Positions 10,482 through 21,626 are shown, counted from the stretch's first letter. The stretch is DNA of 64,000 nt from an uncultured delta proteobacterium (GCA_963745035.1 CAVUVW010000020.1:32001-96000); one strand, 5' to 3'. Notes: generated from the sequence alone by a model not told the origin. Program-made: numbers and translations.

Positions 10482-11222
10482 ATGGCTTTATCTAAACGGC
10501 TGACAGCGGAGTTTCTTGGAACCTTGTGGTTAGTGCTCGGAGGGTGCGGAAGCGCGGTCTTAGCGGCTGCTTTCCCGAACCTTGGAATTGGCCTCCACGG
10601 AGTCTCAGTTGCCTTCGGTCTGACTGTCCTAACGATGGCATACGCCGTCGGCCACATCTCCGGTTGCCATCTCAACCCGGCCGTTTCCTTCGGCTTGTGG
10701 GCAGGTAAGCGCTTCTCCAGCGCCGACTTGATTCCATACATCATAGCGCAAGTCCTCGGCGCGATTGCCGGCGCGTTTGTAATCTATCTCATCGCCACGG
10801 GTAAACCCGGCTTCGATGTCGTTCAAAGCGGATTTGCTGCCAACGGCTATGAAGCCCATTCTCCGGGTGGGTATTCCCTCTTTGCCGCGCTCGTTTGCGA
10901 GATTGTAATGACGTATATGTTTTTGATTATTATCCTGGGTGCCACTCACGGGCGAGCGCCGGTGGGGTTTGCGGGGATTGCCATTGGTCTTGCGTTGACT
11001 CTCATCCATTTGATCAGCATTCCTGTCACCAACACCTCGGTTAATCCGGCCAGGAGTACGGGCCCGGCAATTTTCGTCGGTGGCTGGGCGCTATCTCAGC
11101 TTTGGCTCTTCTGGGTGGCACCGATTATCGGCGCTCTCCTCGCAGGGTGGACATACCTTTGGCTCAGTGAAGAGGAGCCATCAAAGAGAGTTCCAGTTGA
11201 AGGAGATCCACCACGGGGCTAA
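10482..11222 (+). CDS. aqpZ: Aquaporin Z
   Basis: [19 protein letters not shown] and [12 protein letters not shown] boxes; GGAGG RBS. Confidence 0.96.
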   Translation: MALSKRLTAEFLGTLWLVLGGCGSAVLAAAFPNLGIGLHGVSVAFGLTVLTMAYAVGHISGCHLNPAVSFGLWAGKRFSSADLIPYIIAQVLGAIAGAFVIYLIATGKPGFDVVQSGFAANGYEAHSPGGYSLFAALVCEIVMTYMFLIIILGATHGRAPVGFAGIAIGLALTLIHLISIPVTNTSVNPARSTGPAIFVGGWALSQLWLFWVAPIIGALLAGWTYLWLSEEEPSKRVPVEGDPPRG

Positions 11223-11415
11223 GAGACCTGCTAAATCGAGATGACGGATCACGTCGAAGAAAACTTGATGTGATCGTTTCAAATGTCTCAGGAAGTTCGG
11301 TAGTGTGAGTTCCGCCGTGACTGCAAATACGTGTGGTAATTGAACGCCGGCACAGCCGTTCCCTTGATTCGAGCCATCATAAAAGCAATGCCCACTCCGC
11401 CGAAAAAAATAGTCT

Positions 11416-11661
11416 CCCACACGGTTTGAGGCATCCTTTGCGAGTCTGTTACTGGCTGACGGCGTTCCGGTGGCGGAGGTCTCTGCTCTACTTGGCCACA
11501 AAGATGCGTACGTAACGTGGAAGGTGTACACGCATTTCGCGAAAAAAGAGAGCACCGCGAGTCAGGAGTTGGAGTTGAACGTCTCCAGCGATGTCTCCAT
11601 CGCGTCAGATTGTGTGAGCTTATGTGAGATGGGCGGAAGCGAAAAAGGCTTGATTTGTTAG
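11416..11661 (+). pseudogene. Tyrosine recombinase (integrase) C-terminal remnant
   Basis: HGLRH then, after a frameshift, FASLLLADGVPVAEVSALLGHKDAYVTWKVYTHF (box II H and catalytic Y). Confidence 0.85.
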
Positions 11662-11703
11662 CTTATTGAAACGAGACAAGCCTAAAAAAGACGTAGCCCC
11701 AGA

Positions 11704-11747
11704 ATTTCCAGTCGTGCACCTTCAACCGCTCGGTCACCTCTCCCGCT
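11704..11747 (-). repeat. att duplicate: displaced 5' half of tRNA-Ser(GGA)
   Basis: Identical to 5358-5401; identity stops one base past the anticodon loop. Confidence 0.92.
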
Positions 11748-12272
11748 CCGGCAATCTTTTGGACTATCGCCCGTGGTTTTGAACCTAACATGCGGCGAGT
11801 GATTTTCTACAAATTGAACCCGAAATCCGAAGCTGTCTGTGATTTGTCCGAGCGGAACGCGATCGCTGATGATCCACGAAAATCGTTGCCAGGTGGCGCC
11901 GGTTGCCGGCTGCGCGCGAACTTGTAGCCGCACACCGGGACTTCACGTTCACGACTCCTGGATCGTGCCCCACGTGTGCCGAGCCAAGCCGCGACCGTGA
12001 AATCCGTGTTGAAACGAAGAATCGCAATGCCGAAGAACTGTCCAAACCGAGGGAATTCTTCCCGCGCGTGTAATTGTTTTTTACGCTTTCGGATAAAAGC
12101 CCGCAGCCTTCACCCGATCTCAATAAAGCGCTGATTAATCGGCGCATTTCGTGGAGCAAACTGGAGCGCACTCTCCTTACCCGATTCTTTTGTCAATAAA
12201 CTTTACGGATGCGGAGCCGGGATGACCAGCATTTCCCTCGTAACTCCATAATTAAGCGGTGATTACATTTCG

Positions 12273-12287
12273 TGGCACTTTGATTGC
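12273..12287 (+). promoter_or_regulatory. sigma54 -24/-12 promoter
   Basis: TGGCAC-TTTGA-TTGC upstream of ORF 12369. Confidence 0.7.
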
Positions 12288-12368
12288 TGCGTTTGTCCAC
12301 CGAAGCTTTCTCGGTAAACTCTTTTGTAAACCGCAGATTGTTCAAACTACATCGCAAAGCGAGTTTAC

Positions 12369-12656
12369 TTGATGCGCTACATCGACCTCCATCGCGCCAA
12401 GGGCGTTAACGACAACTCCGAATCGCCCGCCCATACCGGCGATGCCCCGGCCAGAAATCTGAGCGCGACCGGAGCGCTGACTCGCAACGGCGAAACCATG
12501 ACGTTGATTCCATGGGAGGACATCTGGACGTCGCTGCGAGTGGCCCATATCCGCGGCCACGGCGAGATGATCGACGTCTTCTACGATACGCTTTTTAAAG
12601 AAGCCGTCTTCGACGACGACGGCGCCTGGTCGTCCGATCCAAAAGCCCGCTACTAG
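12369..12656 (+). CDS. Hypothetical protein
   Basis: 95-aa ORF preceded by a sigma54 motif. Confidence 0.5.
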   Translation: MMRYIDLHRAKGVNDNSESPAHTGDAPARNLSATGALTRNGETMTLIPWEDIWTSLRVAHIRGHGEMIDVFYDTLFKEAVFDDDGAWSSDPKARY

Positions 12657-13706
12657 TCTGCGCGTTTCTCACGCGTTTCGTTCATCGCAAAATTCTTCGC
12701 CGACGAATCTCCGCGAACCCGGCAGCAGCGCCGACCGCGGTCGTAAACTCGCCCGTTGCTTCCGAGGAGGCTCGCGACATGAAAACTTCATCGAATGAGA
12801 TATTGTCGAGATCCAGTTCCTTTGAAATGATTAGCCTCATCATAGGGATGGGATCAATGAACGTGCTGATTACGATGGCAATCGAACTCCAAGCGAGTCT
12901 CTTAGGGATTTGTGACGTCAAAGCAGGCAGTTTGATCTGTTGACAAACGGCCTTATGGAAGTGCCGGCCACGGCCGAAGAGTTGTGAGTGAAATGTCTCT
13001 GCGATTTGGCCGATGCAAAAGCATTCGTCAATTGGGCTTCGACGATTAACCGCCGACTAACGATGACCAACTTGCAATTACATTGCTTAGACGAGATGAG
13101 TTCTCGCAAAATCAAATCAAATTGAGAAGCCCTTGCAGCCTTCGCAGCCTACAATTCCCTGAGAGAGGCGCATGAATTTTTCCTGAATATTTCCGGGTCT
13201 CGTTTATCAGAACCCTTTAAAATGGTCTCGGGCTCGGAGTCGGCTACACAAATGCTTGACGAACAGGGTTAGCAGTGTCTCCGTGGATGCGATCACCGTG
13301 TTACGTACTAAGGAAGAAGCGCGTGAGATTTTGGATCTGGCGTGGCAGCTCGATGTGACGATTCACGACAGAATCAGTGTTTCCTCATCTCCCGACGATC
13401 CACCGTCATTTTTGCATTAGGACGGTTTCCTTTTATCCAGGCTTTCGGCACGTCACCGCTGTAAGTCAAAAAGCCATAGGTGGGCCGGATCCTCAAAAAT
13501 CTTGAGCTGCGCTCGACAACGCGGCGGTGTGACGGAAAATTCACATGAAAGCGGTTGATCTTTTACACCGCTAATGGTTTTAGATTGCTACCAGTGGAGC
13601 CGTTTCCGCCAGCAGTTGAGCTCGCATGCTGGCGCATTGAGAGGGCGAGCATGAAATTTCAAACGCGCTTGTTAAAAATTACAGTGTAAAAGCTTGGGTC
13701 TCATTT

Positions 13707-13737
13707 CTTTCCACAACTTATCCACAGGTGTTAATAA
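13707..13737. promoter_or_regulatory. DnaA-box cluster 1 followed by T-rich tract
   Basis: CTTTCCACA (13707), perfect TTATCCACA (13718), reverse TTATTAACA (13729), 2-bp spacers; AT-rich 13740-13855. Confidence 0.6.
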
Positions 13738-13900
13738 CCGTATTTTCAATGTTAGTTTTCGGTCGTTTGTTTGGGGTTTTTCTGTTTTTTAATGCTATAT
13801 GTTTTTAGTTTCATGTAAAAAGCATGTTTTTGACATTTAGGTTTTTGTTCAGAGATAACGCATCCCGCGTTTTCGCTCGAAGAACTGCGTGAGGTGAATT

Positions 13901-14116
13901 TTGGCAAAGGGTAAAGACCGGGAAATTACGATTATTGATCGGAACTCGCCGAGGGTCGCAATCCAGATTACAGAAATTGTGATTGATCCAAAGACGAAAA
14001 CTCGACGCCGCGAATCCGTAGCACACTTGACTGTCACCAATCTTTCAGGCCAAGAGGCGAAGCGCATCATCATTAAAGCGATCGGAAAGCAAGCGGGATT
14101 AAAAAAGTCCGACTGA
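13901..14116 (+). CDS. Small basic hypothetical protein
   Basis: 71 aa, GAGGTG RBS upstream of TTG start. Confidence 0.55.
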   Translation: MAKGKDREITIIDRNSPRVAIQITEIVIDPKTKTRRRESVAHLTVTNLSGQEAKRIIIKAIGKQAGLKKSD

Positions 14117-14470
14117 AACACGATGCAGCGGCTCGAATGCTGGCCTTTTTAATCGCGAGGGCAAGAACAAACACCGCATGCGAAACCTACAATGCTTTCG
14201 CAATCTAATAATTAGCTGCAGTCTTTATTCATTCGCCACGACTCCAAGGTCGTGCGCAGGTCTGGCCTCTGACATACGGAGAGGAGGTTGCTCTGTCTCT
14301 TGTAGAGGAGAACTGCGAGACTTCAGTCTCTGCTTTATGTTTAGTTAAATAATAAGATCCGCGTTCCTTGCGGTCGCGATCCCTGCGTGTCGCAAAATGT
14401 CGTGCTTCCCAGACTTCTTTTTTGTGCGGCTTTCGACCATAGAATTGTGCTCATCTGGGGTGCAATCGTC

Positions 14471-14504
14471 AAATCCACAATAGTTGTCGATAACCTGTTT
14501 ATAA
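14471..14504. promoter_or_regulatory. DnaA-box cluster 2 (degenerate)
   Basis: AAATCCACA (14471), reverse TTATCGACA (14485), reverse TTATAAACA (14496). Confidence 0.45.
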
Positions 14505-14955
14505 GCGAGGCTTTGCGCATCGTTTCCTAGAATGAAATCACCAAAATGCTTATTTTTTGAACGGGAAAAGCGATGCTTTATAGACGACTTCAGACCGGAG
14601 GTGCCTCCAGCGGTGTAGCGATCACAAGACGTAATGGTGGCGAAATCGGCACCTGAGCTGCCAGAATCTATTCGACAATACCTGGACAGCTACGCGCCAG
14701 AATGGCGTCAATCGATCCTGCGACACGGTTAGCTAAAGGCGTGAAGAGTTGTTCGTCCGTGTAGTCTTTGTAAAGATCGGCAAGCCGCTTGGATTCTTCA
14801 GTTGTGGCCATAGCCGCGCGTTATGGGCACTGACGAACAAATCAAGCCCGCGAATGCGTGTTGCTGCGCGTGCTTTTCACCTTCCGGATTTCGACTCGCC
14901 GGCTCCTCCTGTAAAAAAACTTTGGACCGGTCTTCAAGCGAGATAAAATTAAAAG

Positions 14956-15147
14956 ATGATCGTCGTTTACCGCAAGCGCAAAGACGGTTCCCGCTGGCAC
15001 TTCCATACTCTCCATACTCAATGCCCGAATTGGCCGGAGACTAATTATATTCAGGTCCAGTTTGGACAACTCGCCGAAGGTGGGCGCGTTTGTGAAGACT
15101 GCGCTAGGCTCGAATCCCAAATGTTCCCAGGGAAGTGGCGTTGCTAG
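14956..15147 (+). CDS. Small Cys/His-rich putative zinc-binding protein
   Basis: YRK..WHFH...CPNWP...VCEDC; paralogue at 21627. Confidence 0.6.
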   Translation: MIVVYRKRKDGSRWHFHTLHTQCPNWPETNYIQVQFGQLAEGGRVCEDCARLESQMFPGKWRC

Positions 15148-15278
15148 GATTCAAACTGAAGAGCGTTAGCACGACACTGGTGGTCTGCAAGTCGGGTGAC
15201 GTGAGGCACGCGTTTACGGTCGCCTTACGCGCGGCGCTTCAGGCTGCTACTCTATCAGCATAGAACAACGCAACTGTC

Positions 15279-16442
15279 TCAAAGCGGGAATGATATCCTA
15301 AATGTCGTTCCTTTGCCTACGTCGCTGACGTAGTCCACGGTCCCACGATGATCGCTAATAATCTGTTGTACAATTGGCAGTCCTAAGCCTGTACCTTCGG
15401 GCTTGCTACTTTTAAAAAGATGAAAAGCATCAAAATCTTCGGGTATGCCCTCCCCAGTGTCACTAACCTCAAGGACGAAGCGATCGTTTGTCCGATAACC
15501 TTTCAGAGTTAGAGCACCGCCGTTCGGCATAGCCTCAACCGCATTTTTGCAGAGATTTAAAATGACCTGTTTGATTTTTGCCGCATCGAGAGGCACAAGG
15601 GGCAGAATCTCATCAAAATGAATCCCAACGGCCACGCCGACGGCTTCATAACTTTTTAGATTGGGAGCGAGAACTTCTTCGATTATCTGCCGCAAATTGA
15701 TTTCTTCGATTTTAAGCGCCTGCGGTCGCGCGAGCGACCGATAGTCACCGAGCAGCATAGTCAATCGCTGGATTTCTTGGTGGGCTCCCTCGAGAGTCTC
15801 TCTGAGGAGCGGATTCTCATAGCTCGACTCGTTTACAAGATCGGTCATGATTTGTAGCGAGGTCGAGAGACCGTTTAGCGGATTAGCGATCTCATGAGCA
15901 AACACGGCGGCTGTGGTTCCCAGAGTCGCTAGACGTTCGGTCTCGTTCACCCGTTGCTCGGATGCTTTACGCTCCGTAATATCGCGCACCACCTTCGCGA
16001 AACCCGTCAGGTTTCCAGAAGGATCGTGAATAGCCGTGATCACCACATTGGCCCAAAAGACCGAGCCATCCTTGCGCAGGCGCAGGCTTTCGTCTTCATA
16101 TCTTCCCTTTGTCGCAGCAATTTCCAAATTTCGTTTCGGTATATTGTTCCGAAGATCATCGGGCGGGTAAAAGCGCGAGAAGTGCTTGCCGACAATTTCG
16201 TTCGCTTGATAGCCTTTGATGCGCTCGGCACCCGTGTTCCAGCTGACTACGTATCCATTGGGGTCCAGTATGTAGATCGCGTAATCTTGTATACTCTCAA
16301 CGAGTACGTGGAATCGCTCCTCGCTTTGACGAAGTTTCTCAGTTGTCGGATCATGATCCGGGTTATGCGCCTGCAATTTGTGAGTGACTTGTTTTGGCTG
16401 GGAAGAGAAAAGCCAACGCTTTACTGTTTGCAAGATGCCCAT
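15279..16442 (-). CDS. PAS-domain sensor histidine kinase
   Basis: PAS (DYAIYILDPNG, WNTGAERIKGY), H-box FAHEIANPL, N/G boxes NAVEA, GTGLGL. Confidence 0.93.
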   Translation of the reverse strand: MGILQTVKRWLFSSQPKQVTHKLQAHNPDHDPTTEKLRQSEERFHVLVESIQDYAIYILDPNGYVVSWNTGAERIKGYQANEIVGKHFSRFYPPDDLRNNIPKRNLEIAATKGRYEDESLRLRKDGSVFWANVVITAIHDPSGNLTGFAKVVRDITERKASEQRVNETERLATLGTTAAVFAHEIANPLNGLSTSLQIMTDLVNESSYENPLLRETLEGAHQEIQRLTMLLGDYRSLARPQALKIEEINLRQIIEEVLAPNLKSYEAVGVAVGIHFDEILPLVPLDAAKIKQVILNLCKNAVEAMPNGGALTLKGYRTNDRFVLEVSDTGEGIPEDFDAFHLFKSSKPEGTGLGLPIVQQIISDHRGTVDYVSDVGKGTTFRISFPL

Positions 16443-16445
16443 CGC

Positions 16446-16820
16446 CTATGGTGCATTGCGGGGCGTCACACTCGTTACTTTGCTCAGCAACTCAGCGAGG
16501 GAGATAGGCTTTTCGAGGTACATTACATTGAGGTCGTGAGCGCGTTTCTGGAGCTGATTCGAGCCAAATGCTGTCACAAGAATACAGAGCGTATCAGGAT
16601 CGATTTTTTGCTGATACGAGATCACATCCATTCCGTCAGCCACGCCCGCCATGCGGAGATCGGAAACGACAATGTCGTATCGGTCTATTTGAGTAATTAG
16701 CCGAATAGCTTCTTCGCCGTTGGCGGCTTCATCGACTTCGATCTGGGCGCGTCGAAGATATAAAGCCGTATTTCTTCGGGTGAGCGTGTCGTCTTCGACC
16801 AGGAGAACACGGGTTGGCAT
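16446..16820 (-). CDS. Single-domain response regulator
   Basis: VLLVEDD, VSDLRM, VTAFG, KP. Confidence 0.9.
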   Translation of the reverse strand: MPTRVLLVEDDTLTRRNTALYLRRAQIEVDEAANGEEAIRLITQIDRYDIVVSDLRMAGVADGMDVISYQQKIDPDTLCILVTAFGSNQLQKRAHDLNVMYLEKPISLAELLSKVTSVTPRNAP

Positions 16821-16879
16821 GGTGGGTGTGGCTCGAAGTCGAACAAATTTAACATTAATAACTTTGATGGCTCAAATCA

Positions 16880-17150
16880 AGAACGCATTTGACAGGAACG
16901 CGCCGACCGCCTTGGCAACCGGGCATGGACGGCTGGTCCCGCATGACACGAGGCGGTCGGCGGTGTGTAACTTCCGGCGGGCGGACCTAACCGAAAAGAA
17001 GGAATGAAGCGCAGCGGCCGGGAGACGGACTCGATTTATCGCCGGTACGACATCATCAGCGACGACGACCTAACCGAGTCAATGAATCGCGTTCAGGAGC
17101 ATTTGAAGAAAGAGGCGGAGAACCGGAAGGTTCTGCCGCTACAATGGCTT
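16880..17150 (+). pseudogene. Tyrosine recombinase C-terminal remnant beside the 3' end of tRNA-Ser(CGA)
   Basis: PHDTRRSAVCNFRRA then MKRSGRETDSIYRRYDII (degenerate HDLRR...SGH.T..Y). Confidence 0.75.
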
Positions 17151-17290
17151 AACGTGGGTCCAAAGAACTTCACAAAACATGCACAAAAGGGCACTTTTCG
17201 AGGGTTGGGATAACTTGATTTTTCCTGCACAGACGTTTACCTGGGCATCAAGAAACGGGGGTAACTCTTTGCTGATTCAGCAGAAAGAAT

Positions 17291-17382
17291 TGGCGGAGAG
17301 GGAGGGATTCGAACCCCCGTTACCCTTCCGGGTAAACTTGATTTCGAGTCAAGCGCCTTCAACCGGGCTCGGCCACCTCTCC
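17291..17382 (-). tRNA. tRNA-Ser(CGA)
   Basis: GGAGAGG acceptor, anticodon arm CTTGA-CTCGAAA-TCAAG, long variable arm, GGTTCGAATCC, CCA. Confidence 0.97.
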
Positions 17383-17449
17383 GTAAGTGTGTCACTATTG
17401 CTGAATTATCTTTTTCTTTCAAGGCGTTGCTCATGGCATAGCGCGCGAT

Positions 17450-17720
17450 TTCTTTGCGGAAGTCGTACGCAACGGATTTGTGCCGCGTGTCCGGCGCGAA
17501 GTCTATGCCGCGCTCACTCCGCTGCACACTGACAAGTGCCCCTTCGTCAACTTACCCGAGAAACGCCGGACGGCGTGGTCGCTCACGGCGAAAAAAATGA
17601 AAGACTGCCGCTGGGTCAACCCGAGCTGCGTTGCTCAAATCGAATTTACCGAGTGGACGCCCGACGGCCATCTAAGACATTCAAGCTTTGCAGGATTACG
17701 GGAAGATAAAGATGCTCAGT
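17450..17720 (+). pseudogene. ATP-dependent DNA ligase (LigD-type) C-terminal OB-domain fragment
   Basis: NGFVPRVRR...CPFVNLPE...WVNP..VAQIEFTEWTPDGHLRHSSFAGLREDK; no catalytic N-terminus. Confidence 0.8.
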
Positions 17721-18822
17721 ACAGCACGTTGAACGGGAATAGGGGTGGTCTGCTGCGTCGCGGCCCGAATGGATACTGGGCGCTGCGCATCACCGCCGCA
17801 TGATCTAAGCGAGTTCCTGCTGCCGGTTGCAGGTGGCGAGCGGGCCGAGCTACGGGTTTGCCTTCCGCCGGCCGGCCTGATATCTGACGCGGGCGTGCTC
17901 TACACCATCAAGCTTTACGCCTACTTCTTTCACGCCAACGTGCCTACCGTAGTCGTCGCCAACCGCTGGCTGACCGGCTTCGCGCTGCCGCTGCTGCTGA
18001 TCGCCCTCACGCTCGTGTACTCTTACGCCGTCATTCGCTTTGGTCGCTGGCTCTTCGGTCGAAAGAATTTGTGATCGGCGTACTGCTCCCGACCTTCTCG
18101 AGCACGCGGCGAAGCCAGTCGATCTTTGGTTTATTCTCGCGGTAGCTGGCCGCGAGCTCGTTCATCTCCCCGACGATCTTCTCAGCACAGGCCAGCGCGA
18201 TGCCGCGCGCCGTGACGCGGAGCTTCTCGCGCTTCCGTAGCTCCTCCCGGCCGTTTCGGGTGTCGCCCTGAAGCGTGCGGCGATAGCGGCGCACCAGCCA
18301 CGCCCTATCGTCGAGCGACTTTTCCAGATACTCCATCGCATCGTAGAGTTTCACCAGCCGGAGCTCGCCCACGTCGAGCGCCCCGTGGCGGAGCAGATCG
18401 ACCGCCCACGCCGGATTCATCGCAGTCAAGTAATAACCACCGTCGGCACCAGGTGATGCACCGCAATCTCCGCCAGTGCGAGCCCGAACCACGCTGCCAG
18501 CTCCTCGTCCTCGTAGGCCAATGAAGGGTCCGAGTAGTCGTCGACGCCATAGAGTGAGTTATCCGGCATGTCGAGGTAAACCCACCCGACCGCAAACCAC
18601 GTCCGAGTCGTTGTGTACCCTGAGCGCTCTGCCGCAGAGGCGAAAGCCTTTGTAGCGCTCAATGGATGTTTCGTGGCCGTACATCGAAAGATATTTCGAT
18701 ACGCGGGGAAAACCGCGGTGCAACAGATAAAAACCCGACCGACGGGGGACACCGGGAAGCCGCTTCAAATTATTTTTTTGCCCACCTTACTAGACCCGCT
18801 CATTTGTGTCTAAGCTAGTTCA

Positions 18823-19131
18823 GTGGAACTGCGTGATCACCCGCTGCTGCATTACTACGGCCTTCGTTGCTGGCCTCCGACCTGGAGTCCAATCAAAGAG
18901 CCTAAGAATAAATGCATCACGGGGGAAGTCGGCGTACTAAAACGGGGATCCTATTCGTCAATGGCGGGCTATGTCTGCCACTTGTACACCGAATATGAAG
19001 GCCGAAATTACATAGGCACACTTCTCATAGATGATGCCGCGTTTTGTCGGCAGCTCTTCTTTGCGCTGCATCACCATACGAACCTCTCAATGGAAGAGAT
19101 CGGCTCCTTAGATATGTCCTATACGCTCTAG
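18823..19131 (+). CDS. LRDHP/WPP family small protein, copy 1 (unknown function)
   Basis: LRDHP..WPP.W..GEVGVL..Y.G.L..C..IGSLD; four paralogues elsewhere in the window. Confidence 0.85.
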   Translation: MELRDHPLLHYYGLRCWPPTWSPIKEPKNKCITGEVGVLKRGSYSSMAGYVCHLYTEYEGRNYIGTLLIDDAAFCRQLFFALHHHTNLSMEEIGSLDMSYTL

Positions 19132-19146
19132 GCCACCTTACACACC

Positions 19147-19479
19147 ATGTCTATTCGGGTTGTGCAGCTCCGTGACCACCCGCTAATGACACGCAAAAGC
19201 GGTGTCCCGACGTGGCCGCCGAAATGGACGACGACCCGCACAGACGCCAACGATAGGCCCATTGGCGAAGTTGGAACGCTTCAGCAACCATTGATGAACG
19301 AGTTAATGGAAACCAAGATTTTCTTGTTTATAGACTATAACGGCTCTCGCTATATGGGTATGCTGGTTTTTGATGACCAAATATTCTGCTCAAAAATCTT
19401 CGCTCTATTAAAAGTAAAAGCCAATGTAGGCCGTTCGATCAAAGAAATCGGCGACTTGGATTTGTCGCATACGTTTTGA
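19147..19479 (+). CDS. LRDHP/WPP family small protein, copy 2
   Basis: Same motif order, tandem with copy 1. Confidence 0.85.
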   Translation: MSIRVVQLRDHPLMTRKSGVPTWPPKWTTTRTDANDRPIGEVGTLQQPLMNELMETKIFLFIDYNGSRYMGMLVFDDQIFCSKIFALLKVKANVGRSIKEIGDLDLSHTF

Positions 19480-19914
19480 TTTCCAGGACAACACGCCATT
19501 ACCCCACCACCCGGAGCTTGGGCAGCTAAAAGATCAACCCGCCCGACGCGCAGCAGATCAGCGACCTCAGCCGATTGTGCCGAGCGATCAAGATTGGCGA
19601 AGACTCATCGTTTGAAGATCGTTAATCACGCCGACAGCAAATCACTCGCAAGCTCCAGCTCGTACCCATCGGCGCCTTCCAAAACGGCCTGAAGTCTCGC
19701 CGCGCTGAGGGCGCCTTCACCTTGCTTGCCGTCGCTTTTGGGTAGTGTCCTAATTTGATTTGGCTATTTTTGTTTTGTCGGGTTTTGGCAAAAGGCAGGT
19801 TCAAGGGGTTTGCCCAACGCTCCCCCGCAGCGATCCAAGAAAGGTGAAGAGCACGCAGAGAACACGCATCCGAGACATAGCTGGTTTTGAAGATCAGCGG
19901 CACCAGCAGGCGGT

Positions 19915-20800
19915 TTACTTTTGGGCGACCACGAACACGCCGCCGCAGAGCAAGTCGTCAATGGCGTAGTTCTGGAAGCTCTGATGCGGGCGGATGTTGG
20001 GGTGCTTCCGGATGCGGTTCCGCTCGGCTTGGAGAATCCTGAATCCGGCCTCTTTTATGATCTTCAAGTGATCGCTCACGCGAAGCCGGTTTTGGTAGTG
20101 CAGGGGCGGGTTCATGAGTGCCCATGTTTGCGGCGAGTAGCGCAGAAAATTGCAATGGGAAATCGAGCGGTCGAAGCGCGAGTAGTGATCGGCGGGGTCG
20201 ATGGCAGCGCAGAACAAGCCGCCGGGACGGAGCAGTTCCCGGCAATGCTTGACCAGAGCGGGAAGCACGTTTGCCGAGATATGCTCCATGACCGACGTGC
20301 TGGAAATCAAGTCCAGGCCGGTGGGGCTCTCCATTTTCAGCAAATCGCCCACGCGATACTTAATACCCATCGCGCTCAAATCGGTGACGCCATTGATGCG
20401 GTTGGGCAGAGCAAAAACATTTGCGCCAGGTGCGCGCTCCGCGACCTTATCTGCTAGCCTGTGCGCTTGATCCAGCGTCTCGTTAATCAGGTCGTAATGA
20501 AGTTTCGCGTTGATGTCGATCAGCGTTTGATCGCGCATGCCAAGCGCGCAGAGCGCCACGGCGATGGCGCAATCCCAGCCCGCGCCAAACTCCAAGCAGC
20601 GTGCATCGCTTACCGTCGTGTCCGTGTACTGCTTGAGCGCCGCGACGTAGAGCCCGGCAAATTCGCAATGAGCCAAAAACGTTGCGTCGGAGTGCGGCAG
20701 GCCGTGCGTTACGTGGCGTTGGAGAAAGTAGTTAAGGCTGTTGCCGCCTGGCAGGCGGGAGAGGACTTGCTGGCCCAGGGCTTTGGCGATCCAGGCGCCT
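19915..20800 (-). CDS. Class I SAM-dependent methyltransferase
   Basis: LEFGAGWD motif I, STSVMEHI, LRPGG; frame stays open upstream to about 20800. Confidence 0.8.
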
Positions 20801-21120
20801 TACAGCATAGGGAACGATTTCTAAGCCGACGCCAAAGGATGTCAAGCCGAAAATTGTCCGATTTTGCCGGCGCCCGCTCCGGCGTAACCTCACCGCACCC
20901 GCCGGACATCGTAGCCATTGAATGCAGGCTGACCGCGCGAACTTACCCGTAAGGCTTTAAACGGCTCTCGCGGTGGCGGCGCGCCGGGGGTCGATCCTAT
21001 CGATACAGAGTTAAAACGCGTTTGCCACTTACTGCCAGACCGTGCGCTTGCTGCGCCGGTCCCGTTCAATAGCTTGCGAGATGAGGAAACGGAAGAAGGT
21101 AGTCGGTGCAGTTAGCGTTG

Positions 21121-21492
21121 CTAGTCCAAGCCGAAAACGAAATAAATAATTACTGCAATCCCGAACGCAGCTAAAAGCAGATTTGTATAGACGCCCATAT
21201 TGACCCAGTAGCTTTCTGGAATTTCTATCGGCCTTAGAGTTTTAAGGACGCCCCGGTATTGAACTACGGACAGCACGGAAACAATGGCCCCAAAGAGAAT
21301 GAACGATATTCCAACCCAAAATGATCCATTTCGTCGCGCATGATCGCCCTGGCTCATCAAGAACATATGAAGGAAAAGCCCGAAGCGCTCTATGGCGAAT
21401 CCGAACGCCATTAAGGCCACCGTCGTGCGCGTCCATGCCATTAGGGTGCGCTCTGCCGCAAAAAATACCCTTGGGTCATTCAGGTCTGACAT
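21121..21492 (-). CDS. DUF202 / YidH-like membrane protein
   Basis: FAAERTLMAWTRT..GFAIERF signature. Confidence 0.88.
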   Translation of the reverse strand: MSDLNDPRVFFAAERTLMAWTRTTVALMAFGFAIERFGLFLHMFLMSQGDHARRNGSFWVGISFILFGAIVSVLSVVQYRGVLKTLRPIEIPESYWVNMGVYTNLLLAAFGIAVIIYFVFGLD

Positions 21493-21626
21493 GGCGTGGT
21501 AGCGTATATCTTTTTACTGCGGGCGTGAATCTCAAGTAGTTTTTCCGAAATTGTTCAATCGTGCATACGGGTTTGCGCCACGGGCAGAGCTAGATTATTA
21601 TCCGGTCCGACAAAGGGTGTAGCCCC

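Noticed and set aside
11704-11747. Additional tRNA genes at 11704 and 25671
   Set aside because: Only 5' halves with no T-arm; treated as att sites.
12680-13420. Possible degraded plus-strand gene
   Set aside because: Fragments look protein-like but show no recognisable motif, so no call is supportable.
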